A DNA stretch of 62,771 bases, filler included, from Globobulimina sp. (GCA_003354225.1; 43 parts of 43 records of this genome joined end to end with filler, not necessarily neighbours in it); one strand, 5' to 3'; numbered from the whole stretch's first letter, positions 1 through 13,068 are shown. Notes: generated by a model from the sequence alone, not told the origin. Made by a program: numbers and translations.

Positions 1-1364
1 TAATATCCTTTGCTTTGTCAAATTGTTTTTGTGATTTAATATTTATATATTTTAAATGCATATTTTTATTTAATTTTTTGTATTTTTGAGCAATATTATT
101 CAAAGCATTTACAGCGGAATAATCATAAACAATGCAATTTTCTAAAGATACCTGAACAAGGTCAGGGTCATGATTCCAATCAAAAATGGTGGCCAATACA
201 TGAGAATTGCTAAACATTAATGGTCCATTTAAAGTATATATTTTAATCCCATCTGCTAAGTTGGAGCATGATTTTAATTCTTTTGCCGAGTCTCTGCTAT
301 ACATTAACGAAGCAAACACCACGCCGCAAATTATCGCAATCCCCAAATTGGTTGCAATTGTCAGCGAAGTCACCAATACAATGATAAAAGCATCACTTCT
401 ATGTATTTTGCGATGCAGTCCATATTTGTTTCTGATTGTCTGTGGTAAAAATGTAACAATTATTATCGGGATAGACGACCATTGAAATGTATGGTATACC
501 ACAACGATCATCAAACCAATTAATGCCGCAGCGGGGACTGAGGCCAATGCAGACGATGCAAAAAATACAATGAAAAATGTCGATATTGAACAGGTTACAC
601 CACTCCAACGATAACGTCCATTCGCTACATAACAATTCACTGTCGATAAGCCAATGGTGGAGCCGCCACTTTTCATATATTATTATTATATTTTGTATTA
701 TTACTATTTGTATATAGATAAAATATATAAATGTTTACATACCCCATTGCGCCCAAAAAACCGCATGCAAAATTTGCAGCTCCCATTGCGATAATTTGTA
801 ATTTTGTGATGAGCTCACATTTCTCGACGCTTTGCGGTCTCGTATTGGTCAAATCGTGTACGACTTCAATAGTTAATAAATCCTCAACGGTCGACACCAA
901 AGCAACAGTAACTGACGGTACTAATATTTTCTTTAATGTCGCAAAATTGATTGGTGGCAATGGATCCCAATACGAATCGACAAATGGTATTTTTGGCAAA
1001 CCTCCAGATAAGTCACCTAAATCTCCAATTAATACCGTTTCCAATTTGAATATATAGCGAACAACCACCCATTCAATAAATGTGCCAATAAACAATGCAA
1101 TTAATGTCGATGGCAAAAATTGAAAATAACGCGGCAAATATTCAACAATCAAAAGCGTCATTATCGTAATGAATATCATTAGAAACAATTCAATATAAAA
1201 AGAATCGTTTTTGTGTTCGTGTTTGTTATTCAATTCATCGAAAGCAGTGAATTGACTCATTGCTATGATCACAGCCCCACCATTGACAAAGCCAATCATA
1301 CACGAATGGGGCACCAATGTTATTAATTTGGGGACTCAGAATAAAACCCGTACCAATATAATGA
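1..1364 (-). CDS. SulP/SLC26 anion (sulfate/bicarbonate) transporter with STAS domain, partial, spliced
   Basis: Motifs VPHSCMIGFVNGGAVIIAMSQ, GAANFACGFLGAMG|GGSTIGLS and LNGPLMFSN..YDYSAVNAL (STAS). A GT-AG intron at 742..669 joins the exons in frame. Confidence 0.9.
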
Positions 1365-1464
1365 NNNNNNNNNNNNNNNNNNNNNNNNNNNNNNNNNNNN
1401 NNNNNNNNTTAATTAATTAANNNNNNNNNNNNNNNNNNNNNNNNNNNNNNNNNNNNNNNNNNNN
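1365..1464. other. Artificial contig linker (first of 42), N44-TTAATTAATTAA-N44
   Basis: An identical 100-nt spacer recurs about every 1.46 kb. TTAATTAATTAA gives stops in all six frames. Contigs decrease from 1364 to 1361 nt, indicating a size-sorted concatenation. Confidence 0.98.
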
Positions 1465-2621
1465 AAAACACCCTCATAATGCAACAGATTGTCGCGTAAA
1501 TAAGCGGGCCGAATGGGAGTAAATGGAGTCAGCGCAGAAAGAGGCTCCGTCAACGCGGCACTGCCAACCACGTCCAATGTGGCGATAACTTGTCTGCCTC
1601 CGTTCGTGTCATACGTCCAAAAATCAAACGAGCCGCCGGGACATGACACGGCGACGTCCGCTCGGCCTGATTGCGGCAAAAAAACGGCATTCGTGACCAG
1701 TCTGGGCATATCCTCGTCATTTTCGCCGTGCACTATCACGCCGTCTCTGGCCAATAAATATATGGTGCACTCACCGTCGGCAATGTAATAAGTGGGCGGC
1801 ACCTCAGTGGTTTCGATCACAGCAATCCTGAACTTCAGCCATGTCCCGGCCGTCATGCATACGCTGGGCGCAAACTGCCCGTTTACGAAATAGGTGTCGA
1901 TGGAGCCGGGTTGTCCGGCGGAGGGCTTAGTGTAATCCCAGACATAGTCCCAAGTGCGGTTCAGCATCGTCCCGTATTTCAGGAAGTGAATGTGTGTGAT
2001 AAAGAATATGATCTCTTCCATATTGCTGTACCAAGCAGGCAATCCCTCCATTTCTACGTCGTCTTCGATGATAAGTGCCCCGGCGGCACCCGCTGCGACC
2101 TGCAAATGAGTGGATCCGTGGTGGTGAGGGTGCCACCAATGAGTGCCTCCGGAATGATCGCAAGGCACATTGTAAATATATGTGTGTTGCTCGCCGGGCG
2201 CTATGTTGACGAAGACCGAATCTCCGGCGCTCGTACCGCTGATATGACATCCGTGGGTGTGCATGTTTGTGGTGTTTGGGTCTTTCCACACATTCATTGT
2301 TGTCGGATTGTACGGCGATTCTGGCCCCAAATTATTTATTACAGTCACTTGATACTGATTGCCGCGTTCAAAGCGCACAGTTTGTGACGGGAACGAATCG
2401 TTGAATAAACGAGTGGTTATTTGCGCATTGATGTTGGCTGCTGGCCAGGATATTGTTGATACGTCGAATACAAATGTGGTGGCATATACATTGGCTGATA
2501 CTGTCGTCCATTCAATATCATTGCCACTGGCTCCATGCCGAATTGCTTGAGGCTCTGTTAAACATAAACAACGCAAAAGGCCAATATTATGGACCACGCA
2601 AAACAGAAACAACAACAACAT
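1465..2621 (-). CDS. Secreted multicopper oxidase (laccase/CueO-like), 3' truncated
   Basis: Hydrophobic N-terminus MLLLFLFCVV. Copper motifs TNMHTHG and HWWHPHHHGS. LLARDG and SGRADV in cupredoxin domain 2. Confidence 0.9.
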
Positions 2622-2990
2622 TTTTATTCGATTTTTATTCGGGAAAACGAAATGATGAGTTAGTTGCCACTTCAAGAAAAACTTAAGTATGACACATTTC
2701 GATACAAAAATAAATATCCTCAAACATCATATAAAATATGTCCATAAATCACGTAAAATACCACAATGCAGTGGTGTATCGGATAAGTTGAAGATGATAA
2801 ATCAAAATATGATCATATACAAGAGCANNNNNNNNNNNNNNNNNNNNNNNNNNNNNNNNNNNNNNNNNNNNTTAATTAATTAANNNNNNNNNNNNNNNNN
2901 NNNNNNNNNNNNNNNNNNNNNNNNNNNAAATTAACATTAAATTCTCCAAAACAAAAGTCAATTAACAAATACACTTTAAACATTGTTTTT

Positions 2991-4290
2991 TCATCTTCTT
3001 GGAGGTGGTGGATATTGTTGCGGAGGATATGGATAATTTTGTGGTGGTCCATAATTTGGCACATGTGGTTGTTGTGGATATGAACCAGGACCAGGTGCAC
3101 GTTGTGGTGGTGGATATGCATAATTAGAATTTGGTGGTGGTGGTCCAGGAGGATATGAATGAGGTGGATATGGATGATAATTGGGATGAGACGATGGTGG
3201 ATAATTTGAATATTGTGGATGCGGTGGTGGTTGTTGTTGTTGTTGTGATGGTGGAGGTGGTGGTGGTTTATGTGGCCGTACTGGTTTTTGCTGCTGTTGC
3301 TGTTGTGGCGGTTGCCGTGGTTTATTATTTTTTATTTCCTGTCCTTGCGAATTAAATTCTCTTTTATTATTTGGATACAATTTATGACAACCAACCTTTG
3401 GATGTGAACCATGGCAATAATGGCAAATATGTCGCCTATGACAGGAGCCCCTCGCATACCAACATCCAGCACCGCCCTTATTAAACATATTGCAAACTTC
3501 ATTGTTTTTGCATCTCTTGCAGCGATAAATGGGTGTTACTGCATTGCAGCCCACACAAACATGCTTGAATTGACACCTTTCATTCTGGCAGCCAGAGCCT
3601 CGTTTGTTAAAATAGGGACAGGGCTCAATCACTTCTTCCAAACCACTGCGATGTTTGTCTGAATTACAATGCACAAAATACTGTCGACAATTCTTGATGG
3701 ACTCGGAGCACACTTGACATTCATACAAATTGCTATTGTTATTGTTGACAATCTTGCAACGCAGCAATGACAACATCATCAATATGTTACTATTGTCGTG
3801 CGAAGTGGATTTGACATGGTCACACATGGTGGCATTGATCACATTCAATCCACATAAAATACATTCATTTATATTCACATTTTCTGGCACAAAATTATCA
3901 CTGTTATTGTTTGTCTGCCGATGTAACACTGAAAGATGTGAGCTGGACAACAAATGTTGTCTTAATAAGCCATACTCAAATAAACCAACATCACAATGTG
4001 TGCAATAATATAAATGTTCATGTACAGGCACTTCATCCTTGGTCACCAACGCCAATGTTTTATCCGTATCTTTTTCTTCTTTCTTGTCCGGTTCTTCTTC
4101 TTTGTCATCAAACACTGAGATGTTGAGTTCTCGCGCTTGCATGGAACAGCCATCCAATAATCTAAATGCGTGCTGTCGGTCAGTTACAGACAAAAAGGAA
4201 ACTATCCAGTTCGACTGCGATGCAGTACTTTGTATCTTGACGATATTTCCAATTTTTTTCTCGTGAAATAACAATTTCAATTTATTCTCC
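2991..4290 (-). CDS. Multi zinc-finger protein (three matrin-like C2H2, CCCH-like fingers, Pro/Gln-rich tail), partial
   Basis: CTHC..HLLSSSH, CILC..HVKSTSH, CQVC..HCNSDKH, CPYFNKRGSGCQNERCQFKHVC, CNMFNKGGAGCWYARGSCHRRHIC. Confidence 0.75.
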
Positions 4291-4561
4291 NNNNNNNNNN
4301 NNNNNNNNNNNNNNNNNNNNNNNNNNNNNNNNNNTTAATTAATTAANNNNNNNNNNNNNNNNNNNNNNNNNNNNNNNNNNNNNNNNNNNNCAAGGAGAAA
4401 AATGAGGAACAAAAATACGAATTATGAATGTGATAGAATACTTTGTGAGCGGTTTTTTTTTTAAGTTCAAAAATAAATATAGGCATCGTGCAAGGATAAA
4501 GTATTATAATTCAGTAGACCCAAAAAAAAAAATTGTCGTATGCATGATACGCCGAATAGTA

Positions 4562-5379
4562 TCATAACAATTGATGATCACCAAAATTCTGCACAGCCAT
4601 ATCAAGGACCTGCACAGTGCCTTTTCCCTTTGTCGTTTTGCTGACTAAATCGCAGATTTTCCTATATTTGCCTGGATCAATATAGACCGTTAACTGATAG
4701 TTCATTCCAAACAATTCCTTTTCAATATTTATAACCAAGCCTTGTAACTCAGGTTTTATTTTTTTCCCAATATTTTTTGGTATATCAATTTTCAACTTCA
4801 TCTGAGCCCTTTCAATCTGCATTCCATTGTCTTGTAACACCACAATTAATTCCACCGCCTGTACTTTGGAGGATTTATTCATTTTTATATTAAAATGTAA
4901 CTCTTTCATTGCATTTTCAATCACAGAAACTGGAAACGGTTTTTTTGTTTCGCAATTCACGCATTTATCACATATTATACTGGCAACTTCTTTGAATTTG
5001 GCTTCCAATCCATCCTTCCTCTCCTTTTTAGAAACTTGGAGCTGTCCCTTTTCTAAAATTATTTTGCAAATTGCGGTCTCGTCGGTGGTCTTAAAGGCTT
5101 GTTTTAAGTCCTTTGCTGGCGCTGAAATTCCACGTTGGACATTTTTGAAAATAGTCTCCGTCTGCAATACCTCGGAAATGTCTTCTTCGATTCCTTTGCG
5201 CCAACTTAATACTTTATTTTTGTAGCAGGCTATCTCGAATCTTTTGTTACAAATTAAAGTGTTTGTTATTTTGATGAATGTGATAAAGAAACACACCGTT
5301 TGTTTTTGTATTTGTATCGAACGACAGCTACGTTTGTCAAAGGCTTTTGTGTTTGAGGTTGTTTTATTGGTGCTGCCAT
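4562..5379 (-). CDS. SBDS: Ribosome maturation factor SBDS/Sdo1, two exons
   Basis: MAAPIKQPQTQKPLTNVAVVRYKYKNKR|FEIACYKNKVLSWR, joined across a GT-AG intron at 5296..5241. Also ILEKGQLQVS and ERAQMKL. Confidence 0.95.
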
Positions 5380-5546
5380 TTTTGAGTATTGCGGTTAAAC
5401 TCCACAAATAAATCAAAAGAATACACGTTAGCTGTAAATTGATATGGTTGCTTACGGTTCGTCTATTATTTAAATGAATGTATTAAAACGAAATGTGAGT
5501 TTTTTTACTTGAAAAGTTTGTATTTTAAACTTTACTAAACAAAACA

Positions 5547-5753
5547 ATGTCGTTTTCAGTCTCCACCTTGAAAGGGGTTAAAGTTTACAATCTAACATTT
5601 GGTAAAACCGCAGATCAATGGAAAGAAGAACAAAGAGCCGGCCATATCCATTCATTGCGCTACAAAGAAGGTAAAAACGTAAAGCTTTGCATTTTAACTC
5701 ACCATCAAAATAAAAAAAAATTAACATTTAATCAAAAAAACACAGAGGACCGT
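5547..5753 (+). CDS. NOL10: Nucleolar protein 10 / Enp2 N-terminus, partial
   Basis: MSFSVSTLKGVKVYNLTFGKTADQW resembles the conserved NOL10/Enp2 N-terminus. Probable intron after YKE. Confidence 0.7.
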
Positions 5754-5853
5754 NNNNNNNNNNNNNNNNNNNNNNNNNNNNNNNNNNNNNNNNNNNNTTA
5801 ATTAATTAANNNNNNNNNNNNNNNNNNNNNNNNNNNNNNNNNNNNNNNNNNNN

Positions 5854-6101
5854 ACAGTCCGGCAGAGTTAGGATTGGACGCATTTGGTTTTGGTGCATCC
5901 AGCGATATGAATATTAATCCAAAGGGATCATTTTTTCAAGTGAGGAGAATATGTTATAATGAATATTGCAGGAAATCCATTGCGATCGAGAAGCGTAAAA
6001 AAATTGTGTGTAAAAGATGCAAATCTGCTTTTTATTGCACAAGGAAATGCCAGAAAAGAGATTGGAAGTTTCAGCATCGTTATCATTGTTTTGTCACATA
6101 A
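5854..6101 (+). CDS. MYND zinc-finger protein, C-terminal part
   Basis: CYNEYC..CKRCKSAFYCTRKCQKRDWKFQHRYHC. Confidence 0.9.
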
Positions 6102-6215
6102 AAGTCAAAATAAAATGATCAATGAGATTGTTGTTTGATTCTTGTCTGATCTTTGTAATTTTCAAAGATTTGTTATTATTATAAAAAGCTAGTACTCAAA
6201 ATGGTATTTTGTTGA

Positions 6216-7216
6216 ATGGCAACGATCTCAGTTTTTGTGTGGTTAGCGCTGCTGCAACATATTGGTGCATACGTTATAATTGATGCACACTTGGCCGGCT
6301 TAACGTGGTACGCGGCAGAAGCATATTGCAATAATATATGTGGCAGTCATTTAGCCAGCATCCATTCAAACGAGACATTCAAAGAGATATTAAACCTAAC
6401 TAAAGAATATTGGAACAATGGCGGAGTTGGAGATTATTTATGGTTTGGGCTATCAGATATTTATGGTAATAGCAGCTTTAAGTTTACGGACGGCACTCCA
6501 TTTGATTATGGAACTACATTAGGTCAATATCCTTGGCAAATAGGTGAACCAAATTCCACTGATCACAGATGTGTAGTTATTACTTTTGAATACCTGTGGG
6601 AAGATTCCGCATGTAATGTTTGGGAATTTTTCCCTTTTGTTTGCGAAGGAAATTGTGGCGCAACGGATCAACCAACGACAAATCAACCAACAACTACATC
6701 TTTAAATGGCTCATCAACCTCAATTACAGGTATATAATATCAACAAGCTACATAAAATATTAATATATCTGCCTGACCAATATAAAAAATAAACATGTTC
6801 AAAAGTGCGCACCTCGTCATCAATCCCCATCAATTCAAGTACCGTTATACGGACAACATCAGCTATTATTTCTACAGAAACAACAAACACATTTCTCAAT
6901 AAAGCTGCTCCGCTGGCAATTACTGCGTCGTTTATTTGTTTAATTGTATCACTATTAATATTGTATGATTTCTTATCATCACTACGATGGCATAAATGGG
7001 AAAGTAAACGTATAAAATACTTTGGTGGAACATGTATATTGGCATATATTTTATCATTATTATTTGCTGCAATATCACATACATTATATTCAATTAACTC
7101 ATCCATTGATACCTTCATTGGATTGTACGAATTTCAATTATTTTTTTGGGGACTGGCTAAGTGTCTGACTTATATTATATTTGGTGAAAGGTTGCATCAT
7201 TTGTTTGAAAACACAG
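6216..7216 (+). CDS. Signal peptide + C-type lectin domain + Ser/Thr stalk + multi-pass (7TM-like) receptor, 3' truncated
   Basis: CTLD motifs TWYAAEAYC, HLASIHS, WFGL, GEPN and WEDSAC. An intron at 6730..6805 joins in frame to the stalk and three TM helices ending YIIFGERL. Confidence 0.8.
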
Positions 7217-7371
7217 NNNNNNNNNNNNNNNNNNNNNNNNNNNNNNNNNNNNNNNNNNNNTTAATTAATTAANNNNNNNNNNNNNNNNNNNNNNNNNNNN
7301 NNNNNNNNNNNNNNNNTTTTGTCAATTCAAAACAATGATAAAACAATCCAAAGAAATAAAAAAAATAAACA

Positions 7372-8535
7372 GCTCCTGTGAGTCCTGTCGACTGTACTAT
7401 CTGTCAACACAGTTATTATGATGGATGTAATACGTGTTCCTGCGACGCGCGAGGTTCACCATCCTGTACAGATATTAGTTGTTATACACTCGGTGATCCA
7501 TATTGCATCGAACCAACGTTAACCACAACAACAACACGTTTGTAAAAAACAATATATACAACAAAAAAGTACGCAAAATCACACAATACAATTTTCCAAC
7601 AACAAATAGCAAGCGCCACTTATGACTGTGGTAATTGCAACACGTATTATGATGGATGCAATGAGTGTTCGTGTGGTGAGAGAGGAATCGCAGTCTGCAC
7701 ATTAATGTATTGTCCAGCTGAAGAAATGGGGGCTGCGGTTTGCCATGAATGTAAAGCAGGATCCATTAAAAAGGATGGTGACTGTGTAAGTATTGACTGT
7801 CTTAGTTGTCAGTCATACAATGATGGCTGTAATGATTGTAGCTGTGGTGAGGGCTCTGTATTAGCGACATCACCGACATGTACAGAAAAATATTGTTTTG
7901 CCGAAGGTGTAGCGTCTTGTACAACCTGTGTGGATGGCTATAATTTAGATTTTTATGGTGGTGAATGTGTGAGTTGTGAGCCTGTAAATTGTTTTGTGTC
8001 GCCCTGTGCAGTAACGAGTGCAACCTGTTCCTATCCAGGTGCTGTATGTATGGATGATTATTCATGTGGTTGTGATTTTTATTTTGCCGATGGACATGGC
8101 ACTGCATTGACTGCAGAACAGTGCACTGCTACAACTGCAGAACCTGTGAGTACAGCACAAACAGCTGCGGGTGGTACGGGTATAACAAGTGTGGGAGATA
8201 TTGGCTGTGATACATGTGATGGACTGTATTATGATGGATGCAATCATTGTGTTTGTGACGAGCGGGGATTGCCAGTATGTACAGAGAGGGCATGCTTTGT
8301 TATGGGAGAAGCATTTTGCACGTATGATTGTAGTAATTGTCAAGCATATTATGATGGATGTAATGATTGTGAGTGTGATGGGAATGGTGCAGTAAGTTGT
8401 ACTGAAATGGCTTGTGATGGAAATGAAGCAACAACGCCGTATTGCGATGTGTTTCACTCAGTGGGAGAAGCAAATAAATTTGGAACAGTGGTGGGGATTT
8501 TATGTGGTGTTACAATAATGTTATCTTTCATATAA
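7372..8535 (+). CDS. Cys-rich surface protein with five pacifastin-like repeats and a GPI-signal-like C-terminus, 5' truncated, spliced
   Basis: Five copies of Y[YN]DGCNxCxC..CTxxxC. Hydrophobic C-terminus with no cytoplasmic tail. Confidence 0.75.
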
Positions 8536-8809
8536 ATAGTGATTTGTCTTCGTTTTAAACAACGATGTAGTGTTGCAATGTTATCTATTCTTAGTTGTAA
8601 ATCTAAATAATTATCCATTTAGTATGGTTTATTTTTGCTGAAAGGTTTTCACAGAAATTATATTAACGCATTATTAAAANNNNNNNNNNNNNNNNNNNNN
8701 NNNNNNNNNNNNNNNNNNNNNNNTTAATTAATTAANNNNNNNNNNNNNNNNNNNNNNNNNNNNNNNNNNNNNNNNNNNNGACAAACCGTCTCTTGCTCCA
8801 ATCATAATA

Positions 8810-9687
8810 TCATAAAACAATGATAAAATAAACGCAACTGATTCTTTTAATTGTGTTGTTTGTGTTGTTTGTGTCAATGATATATGTTTTTGTTTGCGTT
8901 TCTTGTGATATATGAAACGGAATAATAACAACATAACAATGGCAGCACATGAATGGTCTGATAAACAGATACAAACACAAACGAGAATGGCAACCTTTTC
9001 TTTTCCTGTTTAAAATTGTTTTTATGTGCCACCGCATATACAATGACATATAATATATAATACATACGTGAACTAAATAAAATTGGTAATAATGAGGCAA
9101 ATGCTAACACAGACAATGCATAATAACGCCTACATATTGTGTTAAACGCATTCATTTCGTTGGCAGTGTCGGGCGGTGCTAAACGTGTATACGCGGATAT
9201 TGATGATCTGGCAATGTTATCGACTGAATAATTCTGAATGTGATATAATTTATATATATTATCATATTAAAATCGAATGCGAATATCTTAACTAATTTAG
9301 GTTTATCAAACCATAATAATTCTGGAATATTATGGAGGGATATATTGGTATTTGGGTTGTTTTCATCAATGGCAATGTTGTCATATATTTTGGAATCGAT
9401 CGTTTGTGAAAAATAAGGGATAATAATGTTGAGATTTGTGGTATACATATTATATACGAATGACTCGGTGATATTGATATTTGTGGCGTTTACGATTGGA
9501 TGACTGCTATTTTTAGTATACGTTGTTTTGTATATGGTTTTGAGATGAAAATAACGGTATGTATATTAAATATAGATTACGTTGAAATGTTTGAATGTAC
9601 AGTTTGTCTGTTGACTGTTTGATTGTTGGTAGGAATGCAGGAATTGAGAGCGAGACACAATAACGAGGGCAAAAAAAGAGACATCAT
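8810..9687 (-). CDS. Hypothetical secreted or membrane protein, spliced
   Basis: Signal-like MMSLFLPSLLCLAL. A GT-AG intron near 9580..9509 joins in frame to ORF 9179..9448. Hydrophobic segment downstream. 3' boundary uncertain. Confidence 0.4.
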
Positions 9688-10242
9688 TTGAAGAGGATCA
9701 GAGGATGTGAGAGGTCTTACTAAAGGTTTTCACTTCACTTATCAAATAAGGGAAAGAGTAAAAAGTGTGTTCATATATATATATATGAGTGAATGGTTAT
9801 ATGCACATATGTGTATATTAAAGTCGAATGGTACTGGTATCGTAATGGTTTATGTTGAGTTGGCTTAGTTAATTTATAATTATAAATACATAAAATCTAT
9901 TGGCTTTTGGTGATCAATACAGGCAATATTTGCTAATGAGTAACACTAGTTTTTCTTTTTCATATACAAAACAATGCAAATGACAGAAACAATAAATTAT
10001 TTATCTTAATTCGCCGGCATCATTGCCCAAACGCAATGAAGATGGTGTTGCAAGCGAATAGTGTCCAAATTGCGATGATGTCGGAGTAGTAACATCAGAT
10101 TCGATATTCATATTTCTCTCCGATTGTATCGGTGATAAAAATNNNNNNNNNNNNNNNNNNNNNNNNNNNNNNNNNNNNNNNNNNNNTTAATTAATTAANN
10201 NNNNNNNNNNNNNNNNNNNNNNNNNNNNNNNNNNNNNNNNNN

Positions 10243-11605
10243 TCTGGCTTTAATTTGATTAAATTTGAACTCATTACCTAAAGTAATATTATTCCGTATA
10301 TTTTTCTGTATATTTTCATGTAATAAACCTTGATAACACTGATTCACATATGACACATGCTGATTTATGGATAATTTATGTCCACAAAACACATGTTTAC
10401 CAAATACAAAAACCATCACATTGCCGTCATGTGTCGACGCCATTAAAATGTCACCACTGCGACTCCATGACAAATCCAATACGGATTCCTTACCGATTTC
10501 TGTCAACACAATGATCGGTTTTTTTGCATTGGTGCACCAAATACTTAATTTACGGTCCATCGAACCGACTGCTGCAACATGAAACATTTCAGCTTTGCCA
10601 TCAGCGGACTGATAAATGCGTGGATTCCATTTACTGACAGTGGTCGGTTTACAGTGTCCAACAAAACTATGTTCATTGCTGAAGTTGTCCCGATGATACA
10701 TGGGAGATATAAATATGTTATCTTGAGTCACACCAAACGAGGTCAATAGATGTAACCCATCCGGACTCCAACTGCCACGCTGGCACACATCCAAACGGGT
10801 TAAATCATCGTTGGCATTCTTTCGAATAAAATGAGAACGTTTCTAAGTATTTTAACTATTTTTCAGTGTCGAAATTCGCACTGACAACAAAAAACAAATG
10901 GTACAGTACCTTGAATTGTGATGTGATTTTTTGATGCATGGTGTATCCATTTTGTACGGACCATACTTTGGCAGAACCATCAGCACTTTGAGACAGTACA
11001 AAATCACCAATCGGATCAAAGGATAAACCTAAGATAATATCATCATGCGCACCTCTGATTGTTTGCATACATTGGAACATGTTGTTGTTATTATTTGTTT
11101 TATTCCAAATTATAATGTTATGATCCGAGCCGGCTGAAACTAATTGTTTATCGTCTGGCGACCACACAATATCCTGTACGTCTGTAGTTAATGTATTTGC
11201 TTCGTCTCTATGTTTGGTTAATTGCTGGGCGATCACCCAATGTTCAATATTTTTATTGTTATGGTTATGATTGTGATTAGGATTATGATTGTTATTATTG
11301 TTAAATTTGTTATTGGTATGACTTGCATTATTATTTTTATTTGAAAGTTTCCAAATTGTAACAATGCCGTCAGCAGCTCCTGATGCTAAATTTACTCCGT
11401 TGTTACTCCATTTTACACAATGAATTGTATTGTTAAAGGTTTGATTGTTTGTGTTTTGATTTGAGGTTTGATCATATTTGCATACACATAATAATTTATC
11501 GACACATTCACTCACTTCAACATTGACATTGATGATTGGCGCCATGGACCAAATTTTGATTTTTTGATCGGCGCCACAAGTCGCAAAGCGTGAACCATCC
11601 GGATG
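10243..11605 (-). CDS. HIRA: Histone chaperone HIRA/Hir1 WD40 region, partial, spliced
   Basis: HPDGSRFATCGADQKIKIW, DVQDIVWSPD, FDPIGDFVLSQSADGSAKVW, RGSWSPDG, AVGSMDRKLSIW, VLDLSWS. Confidence 0.92.
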
Positions 11606-12611
11606 NNNNNNNNNNNNNNNNNNNNNNNNNNNNNNNNNNNNNNNNNNNNTTAATTAATTAANNNNNNNNNNNNNNNNNNNNNNNNNNNNNNNNNNNNNNN
11701 NNNNNCATTTATTTTTAAAATGGGCTGGCTGGGCTGGGCTGCCAAAAAGCCGGCCCATGCTCTTCTCTAGGAGCAGCATCCAATTTTCGCGCCGCGCAAT
11801 TGGGGCTCCACCTAACCTTTCTGAGCCGCATTTTGGGCTCCAAGGCTATTGCCCACCACTGATTTAGAAGTTTTGTCGTTTTTCAGTTGTACAACAATGT
11901 TACTCGCTGTTTGGTTATTGCTTCTCTTACTACCGACATCAGTAACACCAAGAAAAAATAAATTGAAGAATGTATGCCACAAAAGTAATCATTTGGTTGG
12001 ATTCAACTTCCAACCAATAAAGAAATCGAAACCGATAACAATCAAGTGCAGTCCATTGCGCAAAGGTTGTAAGGTAATGTCGTTTTCAGCTTTTGAGTTT
12101 TAATACCAGGTGACTGCATCATTTTTAGACCGAATGCAGATGGGCTAATAGTTGCCGTGAATCGAAAGTATGGTCTGATTCTGGAAACCACACTTATGTT
12201 ACTGGTCTTATGATACGCAAGCCGCCCAAGACAGAGTAATTTCCTCATTTCCTCATATAAATTAACTAGACTTTCTATTTTTAGATTTCGATTCCTCAGA
12301 TGCTGTAATACAACTGGTTATAATATGATTGATTGTAAAAACATTACAAGATTGACGCCAAAAAATAGAAAACGGTTTCGCATGGGCAAACTAAAATCAA
12401 AACGGAATCGTTATGTCATCCGTGACATGTTCTTCGAAGATCACCCACGACGGTATGTAAAAATAATTGTTGTTCAAATAATTATAACTTTTTCTGGGGG
12501 CGTGGCGTTAAACCCCATGCCCCCTATGCTACCGACCATGTCCATTTCTCCGTATATCTGTGGTTCTGCGTCCTCTTGCATCCACTGTTGCGCCTGATGG
12601 AAATTTCGCAC

Positions 12612-13068
12612 CTTAGTAAAGTAATAGTAAAGTAAAAGCTCCAAAAAATCTTCTTAGTTAGTAATTAGTAAGTTACTAAGCATCCAATTTTAACTAAGTA
12701 ATTACTTAGTAAAAAGCTTAGTAATTAGTAAAATCGTTAGTAAAAATTTAAGCCAAATTTTCATCTGAATCTTCATTTCTAGCATCATATAAACTAAAAA
12801 TTTACCAAGTAATGGCTCAATTCTTGGATCCATTAAACAAATAATATCAAAAAAGGACACTTGCACTTTAAACTTTAGATTTTGAGCTCAGTTTCTCGTT
12901 ATTTTTGACAAAAATGATTGTCACACGTGACAATAAGCATGTACTTACCAAGTAAAATTACTTAGTAAATTTACTTAGTTACTTCAAATTTAACTAAGTA
13001 ACGCCAAAAAAATAGGCTAAGTAAAAAGTAAACGTAGTAAATTTTCAAATGTTACTAAGTTAGTAAAG
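12612..13068. repeat. Cluster of TTAGTAA/TTACTAAG motifs in both orientations; probable DNA-transposon subterminal region
   Basis: Many AGTAA/TTACT copies in two blocks (about 12612-12745 and 12940-13068). Confidence 0.55.

Noticed and set aside
1465-2621. Copper nitrite reductase NirK partner for the Nor
   Set aside because: HTHG and HPHHH motifs in domain 1 match three-domain multicopper oxidases; no NirK-type YHC type-1 site is seen.
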